From Lingula anatina (taxonomy: Eukaryota; Animalia; Brachiopoda): a DNA stretch of 64,000 nucleotides. Below, in pieces: positions 13,501-27,982 of this stretch (the stretch's first letter is position 1; the number at the start of each line of letters is the position of its first letter). The position numbers were made by a program, and so were the translations under genes. The stretch lies in the NCBI GenBank assembly GCA_051362555.1, contig CM120647.1, forward strand, positions 15,662,651-15,726,650, in the 5' to 3' direction. The notes beneath the pieces are model-generated. The model had not been told where the DNA came from and did not search any database. It worked only from the letters and a program-made list of their open reading frames with translations.

Positions 13501-14544
13501 TTTGTATTATTATCGTGTTTTATCTATTTATTCATTAAGATTGTTTGTTATATTTTCCCTGTATATTGTTAATTAATATATTGATTTTTAGTTTAAAAAA
13601 TTAATGATTCAACAATTAATATTTTATTTATGAAGCCAGTCATATATTCAACTATGATTTCATGTCATTTATCAAATTGTCTGTTTTTATTTCAACTCTC
13701 TCAATTTCAATCTCGTCACACAAATTAGTAAAAACGGAATAAATTCGTAACTTATTTCATGTCCACATTACACTGCGTTAATGTGTCTGACTGTCTGACT
13801 TACAGTTAACGGCCAATGGGGAGAGTGGTGCTGCATATGGTCAGAATGCAGCGCCACCTGTGGAGGAGGTCAGCGCACGCGCACTAGGCAGTGCAGCAAC
13901 CCAGCCCCAGCCAATGGCGGCGCAGACTGTGTTGGAAGCAGTATTGAAAAGGAGATGTGTAATTCGCAGTCATGCCCAAGTAAGAAATCTAATGTAATAA
14001 TAGACAGTTTGCACTATTCCGCATATATATATATCCAGATATCCAGCTTTTTCCCTAAGTTAACTGTTTTAAAAACACTTATTTCAGTTGACGGCGGATG
14101 GAGCTCATGGAGTGAATGGGGCGGATGCAACGCACTTGGGTGCTTCCAAACCCGTACCCGTACCTGCACCGAACCTCCCCCGCAACATGGAGGGAAGGAT
14201 TGTCAAGGATTTGCGACAGACTATAAGTCTTGCAAGTCTTACTGCTGTCTTGGTAAGATTTTAACATAACCATGATAAATACATTCTGTATTTGTCAAAA
14301 TCTTAATTCGTTAAGTAGCTGATGTATGCATTAAATCAATTTTGCATATACCACATGTAAGTAAGCACGATGGGGCTTTCAAAAAAAAAAAAAACCATGC
14401 ATTGAGAGTGAATAATATTGTTTGCATATGCATTTCATTGCTTTTCGTCTAGTCATGTTTCCATTGTTTGTTTTCTAATATATTTAATCGATTTATTAAT
14501 CTATTTCAGGATCATACATGCCATCGTCTTGGTTTGGATGTTAA
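10566..14544 (+). CDS. Gene B: secreted VWA + Thr-linker + 4x TSP1(TSR) protein, ~507 aa
   Basis: Exons 10566-10770 (signal peptide MMTSSPFLLLLVCHILSG...), 11348-11725 and 12034-12228 (VWA; MIDAS DASYS...GQTN...TDG), 12470-12526 (KKNDTTTTTSTTTTTTTPP), 12854-12991, 13312-13488, 13806-13979, 14088-14252 (TSRs with WxxWxxC and RxR), 14510-14544 (GSYMPSSWFGC*). All introns are phase 1, GT-AG. AATAAA at ~14638. Confidence 0.9.
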
Positions 14545-15491
14545 GTGAAATAACATATGGTGACACACCCACTGGTACCTCTGTGAGGTTTCGAAAACAT
14601 ATAGGAGATTAGTTTGACTGAAAACAAAATCTGAATGAATAAAGAAATTAAGATTTGAGCTGCCTGTGGTGCTCGTTTTATCTCTTTCAAAATCTACCTT
14701 GAACATCCTGACATTATGCCCACGATAAATGTAGCCTCATGAAATTAAGAGTCATCGTTTCTCGGGTGTTATAATTAAAACGGTGGAAATTTTTGTGAAT
14801 ATAATACCTTTCATTGGAATAAAAACTTGGCCTTTTAGTGCTTTTTGTTTTATAATTCATCGTTGATTGCAAATTGATTAATCACCATCTTTGCTCTTTT
14901 ATTTTCATTTTTCCTTGCTTTTTAGTACAACATTTCTGATATTTCATCCACTCACAACGCACGACACATTACACACAATATGTATTACCCGTGAATTGCG
15001 TAGGTTTTAATTCCAATATTTCTCGACGTCAACATGGAATGCTCCAGCATTAATACTTTTCATGTGCATCATATAAATTACCCTATCTGTTATATTTGAC
15101 CCATATAGCTGTAACGAATAATAATTGTTCACTTTACTTTTTTAATACAAAAACGCAAGTATGAAGAGCTTATTAGACCTTCACGGAGTAATTAAATAAA
15201 TAAAATTTGATGAATTATATGTTTCGTTTAAGGAAAAGGCAATTCAAAAGGAAAAACTGTTGTAAAAATGCATGTACGAATTTGACACTGTTGGGTTAGA
15301 TAGTTCTGTTTTAAACTTTTTTCCCTTTCGTAATGTCTTGGTCTTGTCGATTCTTAGAATAAATGCCTCTTTAAACCCAACCACGGGAAAAAAGAAAGGC
15401 ACAACACAAAGGTATCAAGGCAAGGGCCATTTCTATTAATTTAAACAGTTATTTATACTATCATATACTGCGAATGGCGACACAGATGCTA

Positions 15492-17537
15492 CACTGTAAA
15501 AACAGTGCTTAGCATTTAAATACATACAACATACGTTAAGCACCTATACGCATTTAGAAATATGTGTAAAAGCTAAGCACGTATAGCTTTTCAAGCGTTT
15601 CACAGAAGAAAATGCTAGACACGTTTGCAGTGTTACACGTTTAGCTATGTGCTTAGCTTCACCGGTATATGGATCTATAATAAGTCTATCACAAGCTAAG
15701 CACATTGGCTAAGCACTTCCCCTGCTAAGCGCGTGAGGCTGCTAAACACATGGAGCTGCTATAGGTGTGGAATTCCTAAACGCGTGGAGCTGCTGAACAA
15801 TACCCTCTACCAAGGCCGTAGTTCTTGGGGACATTTTTTGCTGAGACGACATCAGATCAAATTGACTATCTATTTATCTAGAGACATATCTGTGAATATC
15901 TGTGCAAAATCAATCTGTCGCCCTGGTAGAGGGTAGCTGAACAACAAGTTTAGCTTTTCAAGCTTCTTTCAGAAGAAATAAAAATGTTTAACATTCTTAG
16001 AAGTGTCGCACTTTTAGCTATGTGATTAGTTTCACCGGTCCCATAGGTTTATTACAAGACTCAACAATTTGGCTTAACACTTCCCCTTGTAAACGTGTGG
16101 AGCTGTTGAAGGCATGGAGCAGTCTGCTCGAACGCTTTGTGTCCTTCCTTGCAGTAACGCGTGCTTATTTAAAATAGGCCTATTAAAGATGCATACAAAG
16201 TCAATTTTTTGCTCAAAAATCAACCAAATACCAGTATATAGTTTCAAAAAGTATAATTAAGAAAATTGCCAGAAGGCATTGATTAATATTACCCGAAAAA
16301 TGATATTTGAATGGATTTTTCTGTTAGCTTACTATGCTGTATATACATGGGGCAGAAAAGTAGGTCACATAAGTAGGTTAAATTTCTGACCAAAAATTTA
16401 AAGAGCAGTCTAAAGCTCTTTTTTGGCTGATAGAGTGATTTATTCAGTTTGTCCCTTTATTTGAGTCGTATAAGAATCTAGTAGAAGTGGTTTATATGTG
16501 TTACTGGCAACCCACGCTCCACCGATGCTCGGTTCATATGTACCTTTAAGTAATAATCCAAATAACAAATAACGTTTTCACGACGTTATCAGATGGTTAC
16601 ATGCTGGTTATGGTATAGAAGAACATTATGATAACGTTATGGGTGTTTTAATGATGTACAGTAACGTTATAATTTGTAAAAAGATTCGAAGACCGTTTCT
16701 ACAAAATTTTATGATACATGTAACGTCATTTTGTGGAGTTTTATCAGCGTGTTTATAACATTCTGGAAAAACATTATATAATGTTTTGAAAACATTTTTA
16801 TATAAATAACCAAAACACGCCTTATGCTGTTTGATCTACAGTTAGCGGTTAATTCCAAAATGGGCTTGGGGTTAGTCGGCGACTAGAGAGGTGCGAATTT
16901 CAGAATATTCGGACTATCGGTACCGAAATAACCAGCATGTGATGAAAGCTTAAATAAAGTATTATAATGAATACCCCACCATCATCCTGATGTACTATTG
17001 TTCATTACTTCCGGAAAAAAATAAATAGATATCAATACCGTAACGCATTTTATCAAAATATGGAGAAAGGTGTTTTAAAGTAAAAATGATAGTTGTTTCG
17101 TGCCTTTAGTGAACTAGTGAATTTTCCTAACCTGCTTTTCAGAAATACATTCCAATAAACTTCCTCGCAAGGTCAGCTAACACAAGGATGAATAAGTCCA
17201 GCTGTAAAGAGGATAGTGGGAAGTCAACGATGTTGACAGTTCATGGTACCCTGTTATAGAAAGAGATAACTATGGCAGTTAAAGGTGACCGTGAGTTCGT
17301 CTGTGTGTGTGTGTGCGTGCGCGCGCGCGCGCGCGTGTGTGCGACCAAAACAGTTGATACCCAAAAAGTTAAACAAATACACCCTACATTTATTAGCCGT
17401 CAAACGCGTCATACTGCTAAACACAAGCGTGTAACATGTTAAGGAGCTAAGCATGTTAGGAGCTAAACGCGTCGAAAAAGTGAGACAAAACTGGCGCTTA
17501 GAAATGTGTTTAGGAGCTAAACACTGTTTTTACAGTG
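15492..17537. mobile_element. Non-autonomous DNA transposon with CACTG termini (EnSpm/CACTA-like) and TA TSD
   Basis: Starts CACTGTAAAAACAGTGcttagc and ends gctaaaCACTGTTTTTACAGTG, flanked by TA on both sides. The paralogous empty site gatgc-TA-accttat is at ~30723-30736. Internal direct repeats at ~15585-15800 and ~15950-16120. Confidence 0.85.
16187..16545. mobile_element. Possible Kolobok-type MITE (TTAA TSD) nested in the CACTG element
   Basis: TTAA|agatgcata ... tatgtacct|TTAA. The short imperfect TIR matches 7/9 and has AG...CT termini. Confidence 0.45.
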
Positions 17538-17611
17538 TAACCTTATCTTCAAAAAATATACATGCACCGTATTTTTGTTTAATAATAATTATAGTAATAA
17601 ATTGTCAATCC

Positions 17612-17955
17612 CGTGTGTGTGCGTGTGTGTGTGTGTGTGTGTATGTGTGTGTGTGTATGGGAGAGAGAGAGAGAGGGAGAGAGAGAGATGATGCCCATGT
17701 GTAAGAGGCTGAGAAGCTACCGGTAGCTATAAATGTTTAAAGCGGAGCTCTAATCGGGTTTTAATAGGTGCATTTTATTACTAAATTAAATGACGTGAGT
17801 GCACAGAATCCATCCGGTTCACATTTAATCTACGCATTACTTACATTGCATATCAAGCGGTAAAGGCAGTGCAAACAGCTTAGAAATAACCTTACCCCCT
17901 CAACGGTACCCATCTCACTGTAGACGCAATCGGGTAATTGGGGCAAGGTCGAAAG
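17612..17955 (+). promoter_or_regulatory. Putative promoter and non-coding first exon of gene C
   Basis: (GT)n(GA)n tract, then a block near-identical to 31178-31320, GCATTTTATTACT, and donor AAAG|GTATGT at 17955/17956. Confidence 0.55.
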
Positions 17956-18207
17956 GTATGTAAAGTATAAAAATATGTCTTCCGATTTTGTTATTTGGCA
18001 GAGTATTTACTTATACAGATGAGTATGGTTGCACCCTTGTTTTCAGAAAGTCGATTTTCCTTATTTAATGCGATGAAACATGTGGGAGACGACAAATGTT
18101 GAGGTCATGATATATCCAAGATTGTGCTGTCAGTGGTAGTTAATGAAGAAATACTGGAGGGGGTCAGCAACATGTCAAATTGCGACAGCGATAGGTTTCT
18201 AGGTTGG

Positions 18208-18244
<37 letters not shown>

Positions 18245-18558
18245 AAACCAGGTTGGAAACTGATACTGTACTAATTATACTGTGTGTGTCACAGGCCGGA
18301 TCCCAATGAAATCCAGTTATCAACCGGGCTAGGCGAGATCCCAATTAGGATTTTTAAACGGGCTTAAATACTAGATTGTTCAATGTAAATATTTGCCAAA
18401 AATAAAGCCTAAAAAATGCGTTTGATTACTTTAAGAAGAAAAAAAGGTACATAGATGGAAGGCGCGAAAATGAATGCATGCAGGCTCCCACGGGTCCCGG
18501 CAAATTACCTTTGGAATAAAAAATGCTATAGTTTAGAAGGATTGATTGATTTGACAAC

Positions 18559-19094
18559 TACTTATATCTGGTCATTGGCATGAAGTCTGCGTCGTCAAAA
18601 GAAAAATATACTAGATCGCTAGAGAAGAATTTCATCAGCCGTGTTGTTATAAGAATGATGTGATTTTTTTCTTCAATCAGCAGCTAATATTGAGATTTTT
18701 ACCTCCAATATTTCGATGTCTAGCAGGACATTTTCATCAGGGAATGAGGGTATCTTATAACTAGATGGCTTCACTTGTAGACTATGAAGAAGAAAGTGAA
18801 CTGACAAACAATTTATGAACAGACAGAATGTTAACAAGCCACACTAGTTTTTAAACCGCTAAATGGAAATTCACCAAAATACACCAGGGGCTGACTGGGC
18901 ACCAGTAATACAACCATAGACACTAGAGGAAGAATCACCCGTAATAAGGGAAATCTCTGTTTACCAATTGGCAGACATAAAGACATGCAATTAAGGCTCA
19001 ATATGGACTTTGGTTGAAATATGGAATTGCCTAAAGCTCTCGAAATTAAAAACCCCAAAGACTTGGATACTTTAACAAATATTTCTAAAAAGTA

Positions 19095-19182
<88 letters not shown>

Positions 19183-19403
19183 GCAGCTGTAATATTTTTT
19201 CTTACATATTGCCTTTTTGCTTTATTTGTCTTATTATTATTACTTTTAATTTGTATCAGATTTACTTGATTATAATTATTATTTTATTAATTTATATTAG
19301 TCATCTTTTATTCATTCACACAATATTTCATTCCAACACCCCACAGGGCCATGTGTCAGGTAAGTGTATACACATAACATGTTTTGAACCTCTATAAATA
19401 AAG

Positions 19404-19440
<37 letters not shown>
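18559..19440 (+). mobile_element. Degenerate LINE 3' fragment in intron 1 of gene C
   Basis: Similarity to the gene D intron breaks after gacaacta (18558). The segment ends in AATAAA followed by an (ATT)n tail (~19398-19440). Remnant peptides such as TRNKGNLCLP resemble CR1/L2 ORF2 C-termini but are interrupted. Internal (TA)n at ~19111-19180. Confidence 0.45.
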
Positions 19441-19441
<1 letters not shown>

Positions 19442-19568
19442 GATAAACGTGCAAAGAATTCTTTGTCCAAATGGAAATTAACTAACACCAGTCTTGCAAC
19501 TTTAAAAATAAAAAAGTGATTACTAGATTTATCTTTTCTCTATCTCTCTCTCTCTTTCACACACACAC

Positions 19569-19606
<38 letters not shown>

Positions 19607-20237
19607 GCAAACAATAAATTTAACTAGCGAGCTTCACTGCTGTTAATTTTTCCCCTTATCTTCAGCTGAAAAGGGTCATATGTCTACATCATCATTTTGT
19701 GAGTGGGAAATACAGCGCACCAAGTGGTATGAAAATAACTAGTTCTCACACGAAGCCCTATATTGGCAAAATCCCCTAGCCCATCTTATAATACGACTTC
19801 CTTGAAGGAAGATGATTCAACATCACTCTCTCCACTACGAGACATCCGAGGAGACACACCCGCTACTTCAAATCCGCAATCAGTGAGCATTCCCTGACTC
19901 GTACAGCATCTACTTGATAACACATGTACCACTTATTAGCTGGCAGTGTCAGAGTAAAAAGCGATCAAGGAGCGACTGTGAAGACGTATCAGGATACATA
20001 CAAGTGGACAATAAGGTAAGTTGTCTACTCCCCTGATCAGGGCGTTATAAGCAATTTTACATGTGTCACTGCTACTTAGACTGTGGCTACTACAAGAATA
20101 AGTAACTTTAGCCACTCGGGTTCACTTCAGCGCGTTCAGCAGAATAAACGTGGCGTCGGAATTATTTGCCAAATATGTTCGCTTTGTCACAAGTGCTTGA
20201 ATGGATAGCGCAGCGGCTTTTACACGTTTGAACGATT

Positions 20238-23200
20238 TTTATGTACAGACACACATAAAGTCATTACCTGCATCTGTCGTCGCCGTCGTCGTGCACTTTC
20301 ACCGATAACACGATAAGTGGAAAACCATTTTACTTTTTGGCTTGAAACTTACAGAACTCATGTATATTCATAATACGCCGGTCAAGTTCGAAAATCAGCA
20401 TGATCGGGCCATTAGTATTTAAGATATGCTGTTTTTTTTTCACTTTTTATGCAACACAGATAGCACAATAAGTGGAAAACCGTTTTACCTTTTGGCTTGA
20501 AACTGACAGACCTGATAAATAATTATAATACACAAGTTCGAAAAATCAGCATGATCGGGCCATTTTTATCAAAGTAATGCTGTTTTTATTACAGACACAT
20601 ACGTATATGTACATATAACCGTCACTTGCGTCTGTTGTCGCTGTCGTCGCTGTCGTGCAATTACACCGATAACACGATAAGTAGAAAACCCTTTAACTTT
20701 TTTGGCTTGAAACTTACAGAACTGATAAATATTCATTAAACGCGGGTCAAGTTCGAAAAACAGCATTATCAGACCACAAAAGGTGTTGAAAATGGAAATA
20801 AACTCATTTCATTACATCTACCTGTATCTCTCGTTTACATTTTGGCATGTCCAACGTGTGACGCTGAATTTCCATGGGCTTTAAGATTTTTGCTAATCAC
20901 ATCTTCTGAATAACCATGTTACCTGCAGCGCATTGTTAAATATTGGTGGTGACTATGCTGAGAAGCATTATGTAATATTGCATCAAATTTGAAGAAACCC
21001 CTATTGTAGGCACTGATGCCATAGTGACCATTTAACACTTCTCAAACTTACAGAAAAAAACATAGGACTTAAAAGCTGGAAAACAAGTCTGATTGTTTGA
21101 TTTTTATGGAAGTTATACAGGTTTGTGTGAAAATTAATTTTTCACCTATTGGCATTTGAAAGGTGTGACTTTGAACCTCAGTGGGCTTGTTTTCTGAATA
21201 TTCACGATTGTTTTATTTTATCACTAAAATCTGATGGCCATTAGGCTGTTAGGCATTAATTGATATTGCATAAACGTTGCATATTATTTGTTCTTATCTC
21301 CACTTTTATGAGTTAAATAATGAAATTTAGTTAACTTCAGTTCATAAAGCACATTGTTTTCTTCGGATTTTGGGTAAATGTAACCCAATTTGTCGACATT
21401 GTGTGTCTTCATCTTATGCAAATGTTAGTAAGATATCTATCTGATTGTATGAGTCATGTTTACTGCTGCCGGTGGGAGTAATTGTTCATCTTGAAGTAGG
21501 GCTATGTGGTGAGATGGGCTAATCTGATAACAAACCTGACACCTTTCATTAGTTAACAGTCTTGTTGAATCATCTTTTATTGCGTCATCTAGCCGGGAAG
21601 GGCATGCTTAGATCTAGGACAAAGACAAAGTACACAAATACAACCCGAATGCATATATATTCACACATCCAAGTCTTGTACATGTACCGGTACCTAACGT
21701 TCGACATCGTCAGAGAAGGAAGCGGCGTCTATTTCAGGCTCTGCATCAGAGTTACTGTATCTCTCCGACATGCTGATCTAGCTAGCGGTTTGCCTTCATC
21801 ATATTCTTACTTTCTGAATCATTAAAAATGTATCCATCATAATCATAGTTTTCCAGTTATTCTAAAACATTCGCACTGCCATACGTCTCTTCCCAAATTG
21901 CTCCGCCATTTTGAATTCACCTGTTGACAGCAGTTTTACAAGGTGCGCTAAAATCACGATTTCTGGCGATTAACAACCTCTAACGAGGAACAGTTATGAC
22001 TGAACTGACAGACAACATACAGCCAGGTGTTTTTAAAGCGTCTTCTTTGAATTTCAGGCAACAATAGAAAAGTTATAACCGAATATGTGCGGTAACCGGT
22101 GTAACGTGACAGAGAGTCTCCCATAGCAGAGAGTCCGTTTCCTATTCATTTGTTTAGGTTTTGTTTAGCCTCGCCCTAGATTTTGACCCACTTAGGTCAA
22201 ACTTATCCTAACCATTACTATAACTATATGGAGGGCGGACTTTCTGTTACACCGACCCTCAGTTTCGTCTTTATGAAATGTTTATTTCTATGTACAGAAA
22301 CAGATGTGAAAATTCATAAAATGCAGGTTGAGTTCAAAAATCAACATGGTCGGGCCATTTTTATGTACAGACACAGACACAGATGTGTCTGTACATATAG
22401 CCGTCACCTGCATCTGTCAATGCCGTCGCCATTGCCGCCGTCGCCGTCGTCGCTGTGCACTTTCACCACCAGTATCACGATATGTGGAAAACCTTTTTAC
22501 CCTTTAGCTTGAAACTTACAGAAATGACGAATATTTATAATACGCAGGTCGAGTTCGAAGATGAGCATGATCGGGCCATTTTTTTAATAGTTTTGCTGTT
22601 TTTTATTTTCCCTATTTTCAGCATGCATGCAACACAGATAACACGATAAGTGGAAAACGGTTTTACTTTTGGGCTTGAAACTAAAATATTTCGGCTTGTG
22701 TTTGATCCAACTACCAAGCTAATGAACAATTTTGCTCATATCATTGCAGTTTGTCAGATTCAATCATACACTATGTTCAGAATCTCAGAATGGAGCAAAT
22801 TGGACATTTTAACTTGTTTTATTGATATTTTGCTATGTCAATTTTCTTAGTCGATCTTATAAAAATGACAGTAAACTGATTATTTTGTTTTATGTTAAAA
22901 AGATGTTGAAAATAGAAAGAAAATCATTTCAGTAAAGTTATCTCTTGTTTACATTTTGGCATTTTCAAGGTGTGACTCTGGACTTCCATGAGCTTGAAGA
23001 CTTTTGCTAGCCACATTTTCTGAATATCCATATTTTTTATGATTAAAAATTGATGGTCAATATGCTGTTAAGCATTATGTAATATTGCATCAAAAATGGT
23101 TCAAACCATATTTGGGCACTGCCCCCATTGTGACCATTAAAGGAAAACCATGTCACTTACTCTTCTAAACCTTACAGAAAAGTAACATACGACTAAAATA

Positions 23201-23600
23201 CAGCTTCAAATGTAAAACCTGTGTTATCAGTTAATTTTTGGAAAAATTATAAAGTTTTTTGTTAGAATTAAATTTTTCACATGTCGTCATTTTCAAGGTG
23301 TGACTTTGAACTTCAATGGGCTTGGAGACCTTTGCTAGTCACATTTTCTTAATATCCTATTTATTATTAAAATGTGATGGTCTTTATTATCATATGTAAT
23401 ATTGCATGAAAGTTGAAGAAAACCCTATTTTGGAAACTGCTGCCAGTATGACCGTTCAGGAAAAAACATGTTACTTATGATTCTCAAACTTACTGAAAAT
23501 ATTCATAGGACTGAAATGCAGCTTGTGTTTGAAAATCAGTGTAATTGTTTTATGTTTTGGAAGCAATGCAGTTCTTTATAAAATGTTCATTTTCCACAGA
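20238..23600. repeat. Internally repeated non-coding insertion (Helentron/HINE-like satellite-bearing element, tentative)
   Basis: Unit ...gataacacgataagtggaaaacc...cttgaaacttacagaa...gttcgaaaatcagcatgatcgggcc recurs at ~20305, 20460, 20668, 22472 and 22638. Larger blocks 20780-21200, 22900-23300 and 23290-23600 resemble each other. It begins at a T-run exactly where similarity to the gene D intron (20128-20238 vs 32573-32692) stops. Right boundary uncertain. Confidence 0.55.
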
Positions 23601-24821
23601 GTGATATATGGTGCTACCGGGTATATGGATGGTGGTCAGTATTTAACTGTCCGTTGGGTAATCCCTAGCTAAATTCAGTGCCATTAAGTCATTTGCCTAA
23701 TTAAGTTTCAAGTGGCCATTAAATGAGATTACATAAAACACACGCGTTGAGATTTCCCTGTAAACTCCCATAGGTTTAGTTCTCTTCCAGATACAGTTAA
23801 TAAAAGTCTAAATTAACAGTGTCACGTAATTAGGAATCAGTGATAATAATATGTAGGTAAATGCTGTTTAATTGCAAATAAGTTTATAAAAGAAAAATTA
23901 TCATATGTTATGCATAAATTAATGCTATAGATGAATACTAGTGCCTTATTATCCTAATACTCAATGGGGTTATTCATATCATGTTAATGCATCTAGATTA
24001 AACTTTATTGGATTTTTTTCTTTTTGATTTTTTTTTAAATTTTTTAGACCCTGGTATCTTCAAGATGTGACTTTTAACTCCCATCCACCTGAGGCTCTGT
24101 GCATTTTCTGTATTTCCACATAAGCAGAAGTATTGGTATTTGTGTCTTTAAACATTATGTAATATTATTATATGCACTGTCATCATTATTTACCTATTGG
24201 GATTTTCATTATGTGAATTTGAAGTGTCATGGTTCTGAAACTAATCTTATTGACCATGTTTCCTGTTGTGCATGAATAAATTTTAGTGTTGGTTGACTGT
24301 GCTGTTATAAGAATTATTTATTATTGCATTAAAATTGACGAAATGACCTATTCTCTGCATTCTCTGCATCTCTGCATTCTCTGCATGTCCCCCGTCCCCT
24401 AAGATGTCGCGCGCCTCTCGTGACACTTGTCTCGAGAGACTAGATAATATCTTAACTTTACAGATAATATTTCAATAAGACATGTAAGAATGTACGGTAG
24501 AGCTGGATATAAATAGGACAGGTGGTGGGTAGATTAGGTACTTACGACTTAAGAAATAAGACAGTGGGAATAAAGCTGTTTGGAAATCCACCTCTCTTGT
24601 TGCTTACTTCTCCTCGATCGTTGAATATGAAATCGAGCCTTACACAGGCATGTGACGGTGCAGTAAGGTAATTGCAGTGGCCCGTATCGTTTTAATAACA
24701 TGTAGTAGAGCAAGAGCGTGAATAATAATAAAACAAAGGACATACTCAAAATATATAAATAAATAAATAAATAAATAAATAAACCCGAAAAAAGAAAACT
24801 AAAAGTGTCACGGGCAGTTGC

Positions 24822-24861
<40 letters not shown>

Positions 24862-24906
24862 CCTTCGTTTTTTCTTCAGGTACAAGTCAAGTGGGTCAAC
24901 ATCCCA

Positions 24907-27900
24907 ATGATGTCGATGATATTTTATTATCTTATCTTTGCCATCCTCCTGGGACAGACAGGCGCCTTCGTTGAAATCATCAATGGGACCTCAGTCCGAA
25001 GAGTTCCTGGCTTCTTTTCTCCTTTATTTCGAGCGCCACCTACACTGGAGCATTTGTATTTCGTCTCTCAGCTGCCCCCAGAGGCATTTGCCTTCCCGGA
25101 ACTGCAGAGACAATTGAGCGGTAAGTCAACACGTACAACTACAAGAGGTTTTTTTTTTTTTTTTTTTTTGCTTACCGCAATGCATTTAAGATAATTTTCA
25201 CTTCCATCTTATGTTTATAACCTTAATATCCGAACTTTCTACCCAAAACTCATTCTTGTAGACATATGCTTAGGCATACATGTACCTACATTGTCACTTT
25301 TTTATTCAACTTTTTTAGTTGCACGATCCATGCAATAATAATTAATTTTGTCGTTTTTATTATTATAATAATTAGACAAATTGCGTAAAACATATGAACA
25401 AGTACGTTAATGTTATCCTAACATCACATGAAGCATTTTTCTTCAGAGTGCACGTTGGATATGTGCATTGCCGTCGACGCATCGGGCTCTCTCAAAAACG
25501 AAGAATCGAACGGAAAGACGGACTCGGAAAACGAAAAGGCATTCGCCACCAACCTCGTTCGCCGTTTGGCAAGCTTCGGTAACGACATCTCCGTCCGATA
25601 CGCCATCGTGGTGTTCGGGAGAAAAATCCGAACTTGGTTTGATTTCACTGAAAGCCAGAGCACGGATCACATTATCTACAGACTGGAGACCATCCCGGAC
25701 GCCATGCTGGAGTGTCAGCAACATCTCCTGAACTCCGGCCGCAATGTTGAAAAAGTGGTTTTAGTCTTAACTGACGGATCGGCAACCCCGGATTTAGGTA
25801 ATATTGTACACTTGTGCAATACATATGTACATAGGCACACAGACACATAAGAGTCAAACGAATGTAAGATATAGCCGGTTTTATACTGTAATATTGTACA
25901 TAGTTTTACCATAGGTAAATTCAGTTTGACCGTTTTTACTAAAAATCGCGGTACAACCAGTGGCGGATTTAGAGGGGGTGGGGCTGGGGGATCATGACCC
26001 CCCCCCCCCCACCCCTTCGGTTTCTGAAAAAAATCTCACTAATATTCTCCTCTTGCAATAAGAATTTTACTAATCAATTTATAGTACTAAACCGTACCGT
26101 TCGCCCTCTAAAATACCAACATTTCGAGCCCTTCAGTTGGCCTTAAACCGCGGACCCGCCCCCCCCCCCTCCCTTCAAATAATCCTGGATTTGCCCCTGG
26201 GTACAATTATCATGGTATTACTACTGTGTTACAACTACAACTACTACTACTGCTACTACTAATATTATATTTTATATCCTACATTAACAATTGCCAGTGT
26301 GTTGCATTGGAATCATTTTATTTAAGGAGCTGTAAGCGTGCCTGAGGCTGCCGAGTCGCTGAAAGCCAATGGGATACGCTCAATCGCTGTCGGAGCAGGG
26401 AATATCAATAAGACTGAGCTCCTGGTCATTGCACAGGGCGACCCGAACTCCGTCTTCATCGCAGAGGATACCTCCAGCCTGAACAACTTGGTGGACGACA
26501 TCGGCGTGTCTTCTTGCGTCAGTAAGTGTCCAATAGATCAGTATTAATCTTGTGCAGCTTAGTTGTAATTCCACGTGCAAAAAGGATAATACAAAATTAT
26601 GTAAAAGGATGCGAGCCAGGTGTGAACCAGGTGTAAGCATTGTCCAGTTTCTTGACAGTATAGATAGCTCAAAATCTGTCTGAAATGATCAGACCAAACA
26701 TTTGGCCAGTTTCAGTTTGCTAATTTTTCATTAAAGTCAACATAAAGTGAGTATGAACATCCAGACGGAGGAACATTTTCCACTCACCTGGGTGGGTTCT
26801 CCAAAAATTAAGAAAGCCACATTATTTTAAAATTGGTACAGGCTGTAGCTCTAAAGTGTACCGGTAGTTCTAAAAGGGCTTTTACCTGTTGCTAGCCCCC
26901 TGCCCGTGGTCCCAGTGGACCCCTTGTGACGCCAGTTGCGGGGGAGGAAAGCAGACAAGAACAAGGAAAGGCTGCTGTCAAGGGTGTTTGGATGAAGTTG
27001 ACGGCAGAGGGTGTAACACCCAAGCTTGCCCAGGTACGTTATGGTTTGTCTAAATAGACTTAAATCTACATATTGTCAACAGCGTAAGTTATGTATTATT
27101 ATTATTTTTTTTATTATTTTATTTATTTTTATTTTTATTATTATTTTATTTTTTTTTTTTTTGGGGGGGGGGTCAAATGGGTCAATGTGGTCAAATGGTT
27201 TGCACAGCACTGGCTGATCGCGGATTTTGATTAAGATGAGCAGGGTAGACAAGGATAACATTTTCTCCAAATAATGAAGCGATGTAGATGTAAAGCAGAA
27301 GACAGGGATAATTTTCACTCTCAAAAAAAGGCTAAAAGAATCAAAAAGATTATACTTTTCACTACATGTACCAACAAATACCAATAAGAAATAGAATGGA
27401 ATCTAGACAAGGAAAATGTAATTGGAGTTCAGAAAGTGCATAGGTGGTGCCATGCATTGCTGGCACAAACCCTAAGCAGATTTGAAAAATGACAAATTGT
27501 AAATTCCACTGTGTCACTTTCCTTCATTAACATTTGAATTTAGAAACTCCCCGCAAAATAAATGTCCAAGGACTTTCAGTAACACGATTATATATTTTCC
27601 ATTTTTTGTTTTGATATCGACACAGCCAGGATAAAAAAAGCTGCAGGACATGCTCCATGCACCTGCTGTGGTCACTCGTGTCATACCGATAACGGGCGTT
27701 GCTACTGCACCGGAGTTCAACCCACTTGCTACTGTGTTGGGTGGTCCCACTGGACCCCCTGTGACGCCAGTTGCGGAAGAGGAACGCAGACGAGAACAAG
27801 GAAACGCTGGTGCGAAGGGTGTTTGGATGAAGTTGAAAGAAGGGCGTGTTACACCAAAACTTGCTCAGGTACATTGTGGTTTGCCTAAAGTAGACTTAAA

Positions 27901-27948
27901 TCTACATATTGTCAAAAGCGTAAGTTATGCATTATTATTATTATTTTA

Positions 27949-27982
<34 letters not shown>

